Positions 24,928 to 37,559 of a stretch of DNA of 64,000 nt are shown piece by piece (positions within the stretch are counted from its first letter, which is position 1; every line of letters starts with the position of its first letter). A model generated the notes under the pieces. The model worked only from the letters and a program-made list of their open reading frames with translations, had not been told where the DNA came from and searched no databases. The stretch comes from Neodothiora populina (taxonomy: Eukaryota), in contig NW_027191405.1 of the NCBI RefSeq assembly GCF_041146345.1, positions 1,922,001 through 1,986,000 on the forward strand, in the 5' to 3' direction. The position numbers and the translations under genes were made by a program.

Positions 24928-27566
24928 ATGTCCTCGAACAACAATTCGTCTTCCCATCGACGGAATAAATCGTCGCCAGACACGCCGACGTCATCGATCC
25001 CACTGCAGGACTTTGGTCGACTACAACTGGAACGAGAAGATGCTTCTTCGTCACAACACAACACGACGGGAGATGGCTCGGACCTGGCATCCCCGACAGA
25101 CGGAGCCCCGTCGGTTCTCGAACGAACCCACAGACGCACACTCAGCGACAGAGGCCGCAGCCTGTTCCGGAGAAACAGAGAGTCGTTGACGAAGAGCCCG
25201 CAGCTGTACGCACCCATTGGCGAAAGAGAAGACGACGAGGGCGATGGCTCGCCGCTTCCACCGAAATGGGGCAGGAGTAGCAGCAAGGGCAGGACGACAA
25301 GAGACAAGAGAAGAATGGAGCCCGCGGCCACGCTGCGCATGGTCGACGAGTCAACGGACAAGGACAAGCCTGCGGACAGACAAAGAGGAGGAGAAGCACA
25401 CGAGGCAGACGAGGCAGACGAGGCAGACGAGAGGACGCCGCTGTCGCCCGTCGGTCCAGCGTACCAGGAAGCCATTGGTTTCGCCGGCCTCAGCTTCGAC
25501 CCTGCGCCCACTGCCAAACCCTCGTTGAATACAAACAGACCCGACCGGCCGAACCGCACGAGTCTCTCGACGTTGCGCACCGTCGACACGACGCCGGGGT
25601 CGCTGATCGAGGAAGAGTTTGACGATCCCACGGGCTACTTCCCCAACGAGAGCGACATTGACACAGCCCCTCTGCACGATGCGCATCGCAGCCATCTCCT
25701 CCATCCCTCGCCGATGCTGAACCTCCCCTCGACGCCTTCTGCCTCGGAAGGCAAGGGCCGCGGCAGCTTCCAGAGCATCCGCTTCCTGTCGCCCACCGTC
25801 TCGCATCTGGGTGACGACCTGCGCGACCCCGAGTCGCTGACGCCCGACGGACGCTGGAGCAGGTCGCCCGACGGCTCCAACAACTCGCGGCGCTCGCTGT
25901 CGCCCGCCTCGGCCGAGTCGCCGCTCACTCGCGCCGGACACATGATGAGGAAAATGTCACAGCGAGTGGTGAATCTGAGCAACGAAGCCGACCTGGTCGA
26001 GAGAGACATCCGGCGGCGCACTTCCTCGGCCAACCGCTCGCGCTCTCGCTCTCGCTCTCCGTCGCCCTCTGTGGGACCCGGTGCCGGCCACTTGCACCTG
26101 CAGCTGCCGCGACTCGACACGAATGTTCACAACCACCACCTCGGCGGCGATGGGGCGGCCTCGCTCAAGTCTCCGGTCAGCGAGAAGATGCCGTCGCCCG
26201 TGCTGCGTGCCGCCAGCGCCAGCCGCAGTCCCGGGCCCCGTGGGCATGCACATGGACATGGACATGGGCATGTGCACGAGGACAGACACAACCCCCTCAA
26301 GGGCAAGTCGCTCGGCCTCTTTTCTCCCCAGAGCAGGATCCGGCTGAAGCTGATGGATCTGCTGCTGAGCCCCTTCACCGAGCCGTTCATCCTGATGTTG
26401 ATCATCCTGCAGACGGTGTTGCTGGCTGTCGAGGCGAGGAACAGCGTCTTCACCCATCCGCGGGCGCGACAGTGGGGCAGCACGTGGAACGACTACGCCC
26501 TGCTGGTCATCTTCATCATCTACACGCTGGAGACGGCGATCCGCATCATCGTGTCGGGCTTCATCATCAATCCCGTCGAGTACAGCACCATCAACCGCCA
26601 GGTCGGTCTGCGACAGGCGCTGTCGAAGAAGACGACGGATCTGTTCGCGCTGCATCGCAAGCCGTCGGTCAACAAGCACGCGGACGCGCACTCTGTCGTG
26701 CAGCAGCAGCCGGGCCTGTTCCGTGCGCTGACGCGAGCCGAGACGTTCGCCGACGCTCCCGGGGGCTCTCTGCAGGCGCAGAAGGCGAGGCTGGCGCACC
26801 GCGCCTTCCTGAGGCATTCCTTCAACAGACTCGACTTTGTGGCCATTGTCGCCTACTGGGTCAGTTTCCTCATCGGCGTCTTTGGCGTCGAGACGCAGCG
26901 CCACGTCTTTGTCTTCCGCATGCTGAGCTGTCTGCGCATCCTGCGTCTGCTGGGAATCACGAGCGGCACTTCGGTCATCCTGCGCAGTCTGAAAAAGGCG
27001 GCTCCGTCTCTGCTGAATGTCGCTCTGCTGACGGGCTTCTTCTGGCTGCTCATGGCCATCATCGGCATCCAGTCGTTCAAGTCGAGTCTGCGCAGGACCT
27101 GCGTCTGGCTCGATCCCTCTGGCGACGCCGACTTGAATTATGTCAACGACTTCACCTTCTGCGGCGGCCACCTCAACGGCACCCTGCAGAACTTCACCAT
27201 GGAGCCCTGGGTGCACGCCGACGGCAACCCCGGAGCCTCTGCCCACAAGGGATATCTGTGTCCCGTCGGCTCTCAGTGCATCGAGGGCGACAACCCGTAC
27301 AACGGCACCGCCAGCTTCGACAATCTCGTGCAGAGTCTCGAGCTCGTCTTTGTCATCATGACCAGCAACACCTTCTCCGATCTGCTCTACTACACCACCA
27401 GCAGCGACTACCTCGCCTCGGCCCTCTTCTTCGCCGCCGGCATCATCATGTTTCCTCTGTGGCTCATCAATCTGCTGATTGCTGTCATCACCTCTTCCTT
27501 CCAGGTCATCCGTGACGAGAGCAAGACCAGTGCCTTTACCGCCCAGGCCCGCAAGCACGCCGTCGG

Positions 27567-27597
<31 letters not shown>

Positions 27598-30500
27598 GTG
27601 GACGAACAAGGTGTTCCCGTGAAGCCCCGGCCCAGGGTCAGCAAGCTCAAGCAGTGGAACGACAGGATGAATCCCATCTGGATCGCCGTCATCACCTTTG
27701 GCCTGATCGTGCAGTGTCTGCGCAGCGACATCATGAGCGAGAACCGCGAGTCCTTTGTCGACGCCTCGGAGCTCGGTGTCACCGTCGTGCTCTTGTGCGA
27801 GATTGTCATCCGCTTCGTCGTCGACTGGCGCCACTTCTTCTACTCCAAGCGCAACTGCATCGATCTCGCTCTGGCCATCATCACCACCGTCATCCAGATC
27901 CCCGCCATCAAGCACTCGGGCCAGGTCTACTCGTGGTTGACCATTTTCCAGATCCTGCGCATCTACCGAGTCGTCATGGCTGTCGACTTCACCCGCGACC
28001 TTATCATGACCGTGCTGGGAAACTACTCTGGTCTGGCCAATTTGATCCTGTTTGTCTTTCTGCTCTGCTTTTTGGCCGCCATCTTCGCCACCCAGATCTT
28101 CCGCGGCGAGCTGCCTCAGAACGACGACGACGGCGAGACTCTGCGTGTGAGCTTCTTCACCATCTGGAATGCCTTCCTGGGCATGTATCAGATCTTCTCC
28201 TCGGAGAACTGGACCGACATCATGTACGCCGTCACCGGCTACAACGTCATCTGGAACAATGGCTGGATCGGGGCCGCTTTTTGCATCCTGTGGTTCATCC
28301 TGGCCAACTTTGTCGTCCTGAACATGTTCATTGCTGTGATCCAGGAGAATTTCGACGTCAGCGAGGACGAGAAGCGCCTGCAGCAAGTCAAGGCCTTTCT
28401 CTCCCAGCGAGACGCTCGCGCCGGTGGTCAAGGCACTCTTTCGCTGTCGACCATCTTCCGTTTCGGCCAGGTTCGTCGCCAGGACCCGCTCGACTATGGC
28501 TCCGCCGCGGCCGAGATGCTGCTCAAGGACGCCGTCGTGCGCGACTTCCTCGACGACGAGAACGGCGAGACCATCTCTCCGCCCGACTCGGCTGGAGTGC
28601 ACGTGGCCTCTCCCGTCGTCAAGACTGGTTTCCTCGCCAGCATGTGGGAGAGGACGTACGATCGCGTCTTCAACCGCGAGCCGAACCCTTTCTATTCTCG
28701 TCTCGAGTTCTCGCGCGCCAACGAGGAGCTCGACGCACGCCAGATGGCCAAGGAGGTCGTCGCCGCCTCCGACCGCCGCAAGAGAGCCCAGAGGGAGTAC
28801 CTGAGGCGTTTTCCCAGATACAACGTTTCGCTCTACATCTTCTCTGTCCACAATCCCATCCGTCGCGTGTGTCAGCGCATCGTCGGTCCCGGCAGAGGTG
28901 GAGACCGTATCGAGGGCCTGGCCCCGAACCGCATCGTGTGGTACGCCTTCTCGGCTTTCATCTATGCTGCCATTGTCGCAATGGTCTTGCTTGCTTGCAT
29001 CACCACGCCGCTGTACCAGAAAGTCTATTTTGAAAATCACAAATTCAGCGTTCAGAACTGGTTCGTCTTCAGCGACGTGGGCTTCGCCGCCCTCTTCTCC
29101 ATCGAGTCACTGATCAGAGTCATCGCCGACGGCTTCTTCTGGACGCCCAATGCCTACTACCGCAGCTCGTGGGGTTTCATCGATGGCATCGTCCTGATAA
29201 CACTCTGGGCCAACATCATCACACTTCTCTACGACCCCGTCGGCGGAAGCAGGGCCATCGGCGCCTTCAAGGCCCTGAGAGCACTGCGACTCCTGAACGT
29301 CAGCGACTCCGCTCGCGATACTTTTCACTCCGTCATTGTCATGGGAGGATGGAAGGTCGTGTCCGCCGCTTTCGTTTCCCTGAGTTTGCTTGTGCCCTTT
29401 GCCATCTACGGATTGAACCTCTTCAACGGCCGCATGATGACTTGCAACGATGGCGGCAGCAACATCTACAATCTGACCGACTGCACGGGCGAGTACCTGT
29501 CACAGCCGTACAACTGGGATGTGCTGGCACCGCGCAGAGTGGCCAACGACTACTACAACTTCGATAACTTCGGAGGCGCCCTCTTCATCCTCTTCCAGAT
29601 TGTATCTCAGGAGGGTTGGATCGATGTCATGTGGTCTGCGCAGTCCATCACGGGCGTCTTCACTCAGCCCGAAGACTTTGCCAGCCAAGGAAATGCCGTC
29701 TACTTTGTCGTCTTCAACTTGCTCGGCGCCGTTTTCGTCTTGACGCTTTTCGTCTCCGTCTTCATGCGCAACTACACCGAACAGACGGGCGTTGCATACT
29801 TGACGACAGATCAACGCAGCTGGCTGGAGCTGAGGAAGCTCCTGAAACAGATCTCGCCGAGCAAGAGATCCGCCAAGAAGGAGGACGAGCGGGCAAAGTG
29901 GAAGCAATGGTGCTACAAGATGGCCGTGCAGAAGAGTGGCAGATGGCAGAGGACAGTGACCACCGTGCTACTGCTTCATGTCGTGCTATTGTGTCTCGAG
30001 TGGTATCCCTCCAGCAGTGCGTGGCTGGAGACGAGAGACTTTCTCTTCCTTGCCATGACTTTCTTCTACATCACAAACATCGTCATCCGCATCTTCGGTC
30101 TGACTTGGTCTCGCTTCCGTCGCTCTGCCTGGGATCTATACTCCATCTTCAGCGTCTCGGGTACTTTTGTCACCACCGTCCTGCTGCTCACCGACGTCGA
30201 CAGGCGTGAGTACGTCCAAGCCCACAAGCTTTTTCTCGTGTCCATTGCCTTGCTGCTCATCCCGCGAAACAACCAGCTCGACCAGCTTTTCAAGACTGCC
30301 GCTGCCTCGGTCACTCAGATCGCCAATCTGCTGGCCACTTGGTTCGTTTTGTTCCTTGTCTATGCTATAGCACTGACGCAGACTTTTGGTCTCACACGAT
30401 TCGGAGAAAACGAGGATGGCAACGTCAATTTTCGTACCGTCCCCAAGGCCCTCATACTGCTGTTCCGCATGTCCTCCGGGGAGGGCTGGAACCAGGTCAT

Positions 30501-32268
30501 GAATGACTTTGCCCAGGTCGTGCCACCTCTGTGTACGGTCGGCGAGCACTACTACGACGGTGACTGTGGCAGCGCAGGTTGGGCCACCGCTCTGTTCGTC
30601 AGCTGGAACATCCTTTCCATGTACATCTTCGTCAACTTGTTTGTGTCGCTCATCTACGAGAGTTTCTCCTATGTCTACCAACGAAGCAGCGGGCTGAGTG
30701 TCATCAGTCGAGAGGAGATTCGCAGGTTCAAGCAGGCTTGGGCGGAATTCGATCCCAGCGGAACAGGTTTCATCAGCAAGGACAAGTTCCCGAGATTGCT
30801 CGGCGAGCTCTCGGGTGTCTTTGAGATGCGCATATACGACGGAGACTTTACTGTTTCAAATATCCTCGAGGACGTCCTGCCGCACCCTCCCGGCCGTGCC
30901 CATGCTCTAGGGTTTGACGGCACCTCAATTCACGAGTCGCTACACCACAGAGCCAGCAAGAAAAGACCCATGGACACGCCTATCGATCTCGCTGCCTTCA
31001 ATGCTCGTCTCGCAGAGATTCCTATCGACGAGATCCGTCGCCGTCGTACGAGAATGAATACCTTCTACGAAGAAGTGCTTGTCTCGGCCGATCTCGACCG
31101 CGGCATTGAATTCACGAGCCTGCTCATGATCTTAGCCCACTACAAGGTCATCAACGACAACAAGTCTCTGCGTCTGGAAGAGTTCCTCCGTCGTCGCGCA
31201 CGTCTTCAACGCGTTGAAGAAGCTGTGCGACGCAACGTGGTTGTCGGCTTTTTCGACACTCTGTACTGGACCAGACGCTTCAAGCGTATCGTCGAGGCAC
31301 GCAAGAAGGCAAGACAGGATGCAACGCTCAGAGGCGTCCCTCAACTCGACGTTCCCGAGATCTTCGTTCACGATGAGAACGATGACGACAACAACAACAA
31401 CAACGATGGCAAGAGCATTTTCAGCCACAGCGACGACACTGGCTACAACAGTGTGCCTGTCACTCCGATCGATAAAGAAGGTCCTGCTTTCTGGTCGGAC
31501 ATTCCTATAACACCGACATCTGTCGGTGATGACTTCGCCGTCTGGCAAGGAGACGAGGACAGAGGAAGAAGCAACAGCGTGCAGGTGTCACCGAACCAGT
31601 CACCGACGAGGAACCGCTTCGCCAGCCCCCGCAGGAGTCAATCACCCAGCGCTGTGGTCACGACCATACCGGAAGACTGGCAATTCGCAAACGCTCTCAT
31701 TGGCGACGGCTCCGGTCCTCTGGCTAGTCGCATCAGGAGCGTCAGTCCGAGCAACAACAGTCGAACATCCCAGCAGCATCTCGATCCCTTTGAGACGTTG
31801 ACGGCAGATGGCACCGCTGATCTGGGTCTAGCGACGCTCGGCACTGGATCAGCAGCGACGGCGTCGAGCAGCAAAAGCCCCGCCGGGTCGGGTATCCGCG
31901 GTCGCGCATTGACACTCTCTGCTGCCGCCGCCGGAGGACCAGGCAGAGGCAGAGCAGGCACTCTTTCCGTGCCCGGCCTGCCTGTGCCTCCCATTCCTGG
32001 CACTGAAGGGGCAATCGCCGGCGGTAGTAGTGGCGATCCTGCGAGAAGCAGAGCAGTCAGCAATGTGTCCAATGTCTCCACTCGCGATCTTGTCCTTGGC
32101 GAACTAGAGAACTCGGCCTGGGGTGAGAGTATCAGACGCAGTTTCACCGTCGCGGCCAAGCCCAGACGAGGCAGTCAGCGAGTAAGCGGCGGCAACGGTG
32201 GTCCTGGAGGTGGCGGTAGTGGTGCAGGTGGGAGAGGAGGCAGTCCGAGCCCTAGTCCTGGACGGTAG
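24928..32268 (+). CDS. CCH1: Voltage-gated calcium channel alpha-1-like subunit Cch1 (four 6-TM domains, single uninterrupted ORF of about 2446 aa)
   Basis: Four repeats with S4 segments (RMLSCLRILRLL, FQILRIYRVV, FKALRALRLL); pore motifs TSNTF/SSENW/SQEGW/SGEGW (N-E-E-E); C-terminal EF-hand-like FKQAWAEFDPSGTGFI. Confidence 0.97.
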
Positions 32269-33331
32269 GAGCGTTTGGGGCTGTTGAGTGGTGATTGATT
32301 GACTGGTTGTGAGAGAGGAGTTGATCGATGATGATGACGACGACGACGACGACGACATCGATAATTGCACTTCTTTGGTTGAAGCCGAGAGGAAACAGAG
32401 AAACCAAGATTATAGAGACAGATGTGAAGAAAAAAGGAGGTGGTGGAGGTGTGAACGAGATGGAATCCCGTATAGACCTGCGCGAACAGACGTTCGAAAA
32501 TAGAAAGATAGCAAAACATGAAATTAGACGGGGAAGTGACCTCGGATACAACAAGCGAAATGAAGTGCTGGAATTCTACGTTCCCCTGTTGTCTCTCACT
32601 TCTTCTTCAAGTCCCCTCCTCCGCTGTCATCCCAGCATGTAGTGGGGAGAACTCAACAGGCGACGCACAAAATCCAATATGTAATATCAGAACAGAAAAG
32701 AGGAATACAAGCGCATCGACCGGATTCGATCAAATAAAATTGGAGAGTGCGAAAAGACAGGCATGGGCATGGGCATAGTGACCTTCTACACAAGATATGT
32801 TGCACAGCGAATGGCGTCGTTTCATTGTTCTATCTGGCTCACATCTCTATCCCCCTTTCCATTCTCTATATATATGGTTATCCTGGACTTGCGGACTTTC
32901 TGTTCTTGTTGGTCTTCTGAGAGCTTTTCTTACTGCCTCTCCGCGAAATCCACATCAGTGCGAGGTCCCTCCTCTTGAGATTCGAGAGACAGAGACCGAC
33001 CTTGGATATCGAAAAGCTTGCACGTCATAATCATGTATTTCTAGCGAGAAGATCGACCGAATCGATTCTAAGCGCACAATCCTCCATGCCTGTTGTTATG
33101 GCGGCAAGCACTAGCGGCAAGGCGTTGTTGACTTTATTACGTGATAGAGACGAAGGAGAAAGTATTTTAGCGGTACTAGTCGGTACTAGGGATAGAAAAA
33201 GCCAACAATGCATCCTCAGAGCCATCTATGCTGTTCCGCTGTCATGCCAGGATCCTCCATTCCAGGTCCATATCTCCATCCTGCCTTCTCTTCCCCCTAT
33301 CGTTGCTCATTGCTCGTCACTCCATCTGCGC

Positions 33332-34370
33332 CTAGCAGGCAAGGTCATACTTCGGGCTGCGGTCCGAATTCATAGCTCCCCAGTGTGTCTCGTCCGCCAT
33401 CTCACCATTTCGACCTAGCGAAATTGGCTTCCATGGTTCGTCAAAGGCTTCGAACGAAAACACATTGACTCCTCACGTAAGTATTCCGCAGATGGCGTCG
33501 GTCCAGTAGGGTGCGGCATTGCGTGTGGATGCCCTTCCTGCTCCATAGTCCGATCCTCCTAAAGCGTTGTCAGTAAAGCCGCGCTCACTGAAATCAGACC
33601 GGATGGGAAATGAGCACCATCTGAAGGCCAGCCCGTCTCGCCGGTCCAAAACTCGATGCCGTTCAACGATCCGGACACACTTTGAATTCTTCCAAGAGCC
33701 TGTTGCATGTCCTCAAAGTATGTCAATGTAGCATTGGCGATAGGTTGCGCCTGCCAGTACGCAAAACCATTGGCAAGTCTATGTCGTGTCACCGGTCAGC
33801 TGGGTATGATACCGGATAAGAATATGAAGAGGAATCAATGACCCACAATAAATCCACGCCGCCTTTGATCAAAGCATCGGCTGTCCCGTCAGCGAATTTA
33901 TTCCAGCTGTCCGCTGTGCCGACCTTGGTGCCCTTGGGCAAAACACCTCTGACACTGTTGATCTTGCTTAACAATTCGGGTCCCGTGAAGTTGCCCCTGT
34001 ACATGGTCTCGCTTCCCACCGTGACCGCATATACGTACCCAGGAACATATGTGGCCAACGCGGTTTTATCAGCTTCAAGTGCTGCATCGGTGTCGGGCCA
34101 CACTCCCAGCACAACCCTGAAGGCAGCACTCGCTGCAGCAGGGAGGATCTGCGCAGTGCAGTTGCAGTCAGAAGCTGAGTAGATGCGCACAAGCTTGCTA
34201 CCACTGTTGGCTTGAATGGCCTTGAAGTCGGCAACATAGTCGGACGTGCACTTGCAACTGCCGTCAGTCTTCTTGTCGCCAAGTGCAAAGCCAAGCGTTC
34301 CTTTAGCAGTTGCACACTGCACCAAATGGCAGAGCAAGAACATCGCCACAATGGTCAAGGTGGAGATCAT
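33332..34370 (-). pseudogene. Secreted GH17 (Bgl2/Bgt1-like) glucan 1,3-beta-glucosidase/transglycosylase with an in-frame TGA at a conserved Trp (33475-33473); exons 34370-33847, 33778-33618, 33558-33332
   Basis: Signal peptide, GTLGFALG..DGSCK, AVTVGSETMYRG, VGTADSWNK, LANGFAYWQ, FWTGETGWPS, then ICGILT*GVNVFSFEAFDEPWKP...DETHWG...KYDLAC*. Confidence 0.8.
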
Positions 34371-35618
34371 TTTGGTGTACGCTCCTGCTTATGCTGATTT
34401 TCGCTCCTCCGGTCAACAGATGCCTCGATGGGGAAAAGTCGAAGCTGCTGTATGGATGACTTCGATTCTTCCCGGCGTAGCAGTCACCTACGCGCGCTGC
34501 GCTAAATAGGTATGTAATGCTTGCAGAATGCGTATAGACAAGCTGAGGAAGGCGGTGAATCTAAGAGAGAAAGGATAGAAGAATGAAGACTTAGACCCGA
34601 GGAACAAGATCAGGTGTATCTGTGGACGTGGAATGTTTCCACTTGCATGCCTTGCGACTAAAAAGTGTACAGCAATAAAGCCTTCCATTGTGTATGAGAT
34701 ACCTAAAGAGGAAGGCCTATCGCTGATCTGTCCCTTCCCCTGATGGTTGTTCAAGTACAAAGGTACTGTAGCTGACCAGAAGCGCGCCAATGCTCGGTGA
34801 CCCCGCATATGCACGAGTAAGTTACAGGTAAGGAAGCTCGGTGTGTGGATGCTAGAGGAAGCTGCATGTGATTGCTCGATGTATGGACTATTATGATCAT
34901 TGCCAAGATGAGGTGTGAACTTGCAATATATACAATTGCCAGGGATTGATGGTAAGATGCACACTCCCATGCTGTCGCTTTGCTGTCACTTTTCGTCATG
35001 TCTCCGGCGATGACCCTTAGCGAATAATTTGGCTTCGCGAGATGGCTCTCAAAAACCTCTTCGCAGTCGCGCTTGTCCCACGAACCCGACCTTCGAAGCT
35101 TCGTGGAAGAAGTGCTCAATCCAAGACCATTCCACGGCTCCAGTCGCGCATGATTCATCACCAAGATAACCTGTACATTGTTGTCTTCGGTGGGAAACTC
35201 GTTCGTTCGAGTGGATGAACTGCGGTCGTCTTCAGCATGATGGTGCGTGCAGCTCAGTCCATACTTCACGGAGACAAGTACTTCATCGACTTTCCGCTCT
35301 CCCCGTGCCGCCGCACCTAACGAAGGATACGCATATGAATATGCTGTGACGCTATCGGCAGGCGACAGCTAGTCTCCAGGCTTGTCGATTGGTGATCGCT
35401 GCACGATAAGGTGGGCTGTATGACGAGATTTCCGCTCGAGCGTCTAGCTGTATGAGCACACACGTCGTTGTATAGACGTGGTTTCGTCAAATACAACGTT
35501 GGCCTGAGATACTCGGCGTCTCCGAGAGCAATTTAATATGCGCTCTGCCTCAATTGCTCCTAGCTCTTCCTCATCTTCCGATTGGTTTGCAAGATACTGC
35601 GTCGAGTCAACATGCCTC

Positions 35619-37559
35619 TCAAGTAGCCATTAATTGTGGTTCCCACTCGCAGAAATCTTGGCCAAGTCCAGGCCACTCTTTTGTGCCGACCCGAGTCGCA
35701 TATGGGAATGACTTGAAAGTTCGAGCAAATTCAGCCTTCTCTGTGTATCCCAATGCTCTTCCGACTTTCTCCAACTCTTCCAGGATCCAGGACGTCGGTC
35801 TGTCAGGCATGTCGCGAAGGCAGACCCTATGAACGACGATCAAAACCCATACCAATGATTCGAGGCGGGTCTTGTTTTGCCAAAATGATACAACATCTCC
35901 ATCGGTCTGCTCCTCCAGACCTTGCAGAAGGACTCTTAGGATCTTGGCATCGACAACACTAACGTTCGGAGGCATATGAATTTTGACCTGGAATTGCGAG
36001 GGTATACATGACCAAGCAAACATTTGCAAAGCCAGGAGCATGGCTGTCTCGACTGTGAACGCTCCCGCCATAAGCTGTGAACCATCGTGGGTCAGAGGAC
36101 ACGTCTCGGCTACAAGGGTGCAGAGCCTGTACTCGAGAGTATACAGCAGATTCGAAAAGGCGGCCATGATTGACGGTGTTGGTGACTTCAGGATATCATA
36201 GAGCAGGCAAGTCTGGTGCAACCCCTGGAAGATTGACCTCACCACTTCTACTGACCCTCCAAAGTCGAGGCCTGGCAGAGTGGTCATAGAAATCTTGGCC
36301 AGCCTAAGTGTCTCATCTTCCATACCGTCTGGAAGCTGCGCAAAAGTCTTGAGTGGCGTCCATGGGAGCATAGGCGTCTGGAAAGCTGCTGAGGCTACCC
36401 TTAGATCGTTCCACACTACCGATCGCCATTCAGCGACCGACAAGGAATCCAGACCTTTGGGTCTGTTCATGACTATCCCTACAGCCGCCCTCGTATGAAT
36501 GAGCGCTGCGTCGTTGCCATCGTCACTCAAAGCCAAGCCTGCCATACTTGAGATGAGCGTTGCGAGAGGGCCTTGTGGCGTTTCATCTGGGTTTTGGATC
36601 CCTCGCATCATCTCCCGAATGGCTCGTCCCCGATGGTATAGATAATTGACGTGGTTCACCTGACCTGTGCTTGCAGCCTTCTTGGCCTCGGCGAGGCACA
36701 AGAAGATGTGGAAAAGTCCTTCATTGTCGCTGGTCATATTCCAGAAACCACGCTTGAAAACCTCGGTAGATACTTGCAGAGTAGGTGCAAATTTCTCCCA
36801 GTGCGTATAGTTGTTCGAGGGCCATTCGAAATGCCATGCGATCAATTCTTCCACATAGCGACCGTTCGCTGGCAGCTGATCGAACGGATCGTACCTGCAT
36901 GGAACGAGTTGCCCGAGTGGTCCTGGACAAGGCTGAAAGTTCGGGAGTGTTCCATGCGTCAGTTGTTGAGACTGTTCGTCACTGCAATCGGTAATCGGTT
37001 CTCCTGGAAATACCAAACTGCGTTTGAACAAGGACTGCGCTTGTTTCGCAGAGTAAACGTCCACTTGGAACTCGTTCGTTGTAATTGATGCATTAAGATC
37101 TGGGGACACCCAGGATTTCAGAGGTTGCAAAAAGTCAAGAGATCGTGGTGTGTGTGAGCGCGAGCGCGAGTAGGGAGCGCCGCCGCTTGCGTTCTTGGAA
37201 TGCCCATTCTCAGCATGTTTGGGTAACTCAGCTTGGAAACAACCAATGCTGAATGCTGGTTCCGACGAATGCGTTCGTCGACCTCGACCCTCGCACACTA
37301 AGTCTGTTTTCGAACGTGCAGCACCAGATAGTCCAACCTGCTCGGAGGATCCTGCGTTCTGATTTGGTGCTGAGTCTTTGATCACACGACCCTTGGCATT
37401 GTTTGGGCCAGGGGTGTCACATTCGTCCTCGGGTTTCTGACGATTGAAATAATCGTGCATTACATGGCTACGAACCGCCTTGAGGTCTCGTTTTGACTGT
37501 TTCGCGGGACAATCTGTGTAGGTGACAAATCTTAGTTTGGCAGATTTTGCTGCGGGCAT
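35619..37559 (-). CDS. Fungal hypothetical protein of the 'RSHVM'/fungal-specific TF-domain type (no Zn cluster), intronless, about 646 aa
   Basis: Long ORF; N-terminal LRFVTY...KAVRSHVM, DPFDQLP, YLYHRGRAIR and HTRAAVGIVMNR motifs resemble this Pezizomycotina family. Confidence 0.75.
   Translation of the reverse strand: MPAAKSAKLRFVTYTDCPAKQSKRDLKAVRSHVMHDYFNRQKPEDECDTPGPNNAKGRVIKDSAPNQNAGSSEQVGLSGAARSKTDLVCEGRGRRTHSSEPAFSIGCFQAELPKHAENGHSKNASGGAPYSRSRSHTPRSLDFLQPLKSWVSPDLNASITTNEFQVDVYSAKQAQSLFKRSLVFPGEPITDCSDEQSQQLTHGTLPNFQPCPGPLGQLVPCRYDPFDQLPANGRYVEELIAWHFEWPSNNYTHWEKFAPTLQVSTEVFKRGFWNMTSDNEGLFHIFLCLAEAKKAASTGQVNHVNYLYHRGRAIREMMRGIQNPDETPQGPLATLISSMAGLALSDDGNDAALIHTRAAVGIVMNRPKGLDSLSVAEWRSVVWNDLRVASAAFQTPMLPWTPLKTFAQLPDGMEDETLRLAKISMTTLPGLDFGGSVEVVRSIFQGLHQTCLLYDILKSPTPSIMAAFSNLLYTLEYRLCTLVAETCPLTHDGSQLMAGAFTVETAMLLALQMFAWSCIPSQFQVKIHMPPNVSVVDAKILRVLLQGLEEQTDGDVVSFWQNKTRLESLVWVLIVVHRVCLRDMPDRPTSWILEELEKVGRALGYTEKAEFARTFKSFPYATRVGTKEWPGLGQDFCEWEPQLMAT

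Noticed and set aside
25957..29040. 1027-aa antisense ORF (and 347/459-aa alternate-frame ORFs) over CCH1
   Set aside because: Shadow of the strong GC3 codon bias in CCH1; no domain motifs.
22665..33475. Hypothesis of genome-wide TGA=Trp reassignment
   Set aside because: TGA terminates conserved genes (SFT2, E2, both Zn2Cys6 factors) and Trp is TGG throughout the long ORFs.
34751..35269. 172-aa ORF between the GH17 gene and the TF-domain gene
   Set aside because: No recognisable motif and a non-ATG start; possibly a relic.
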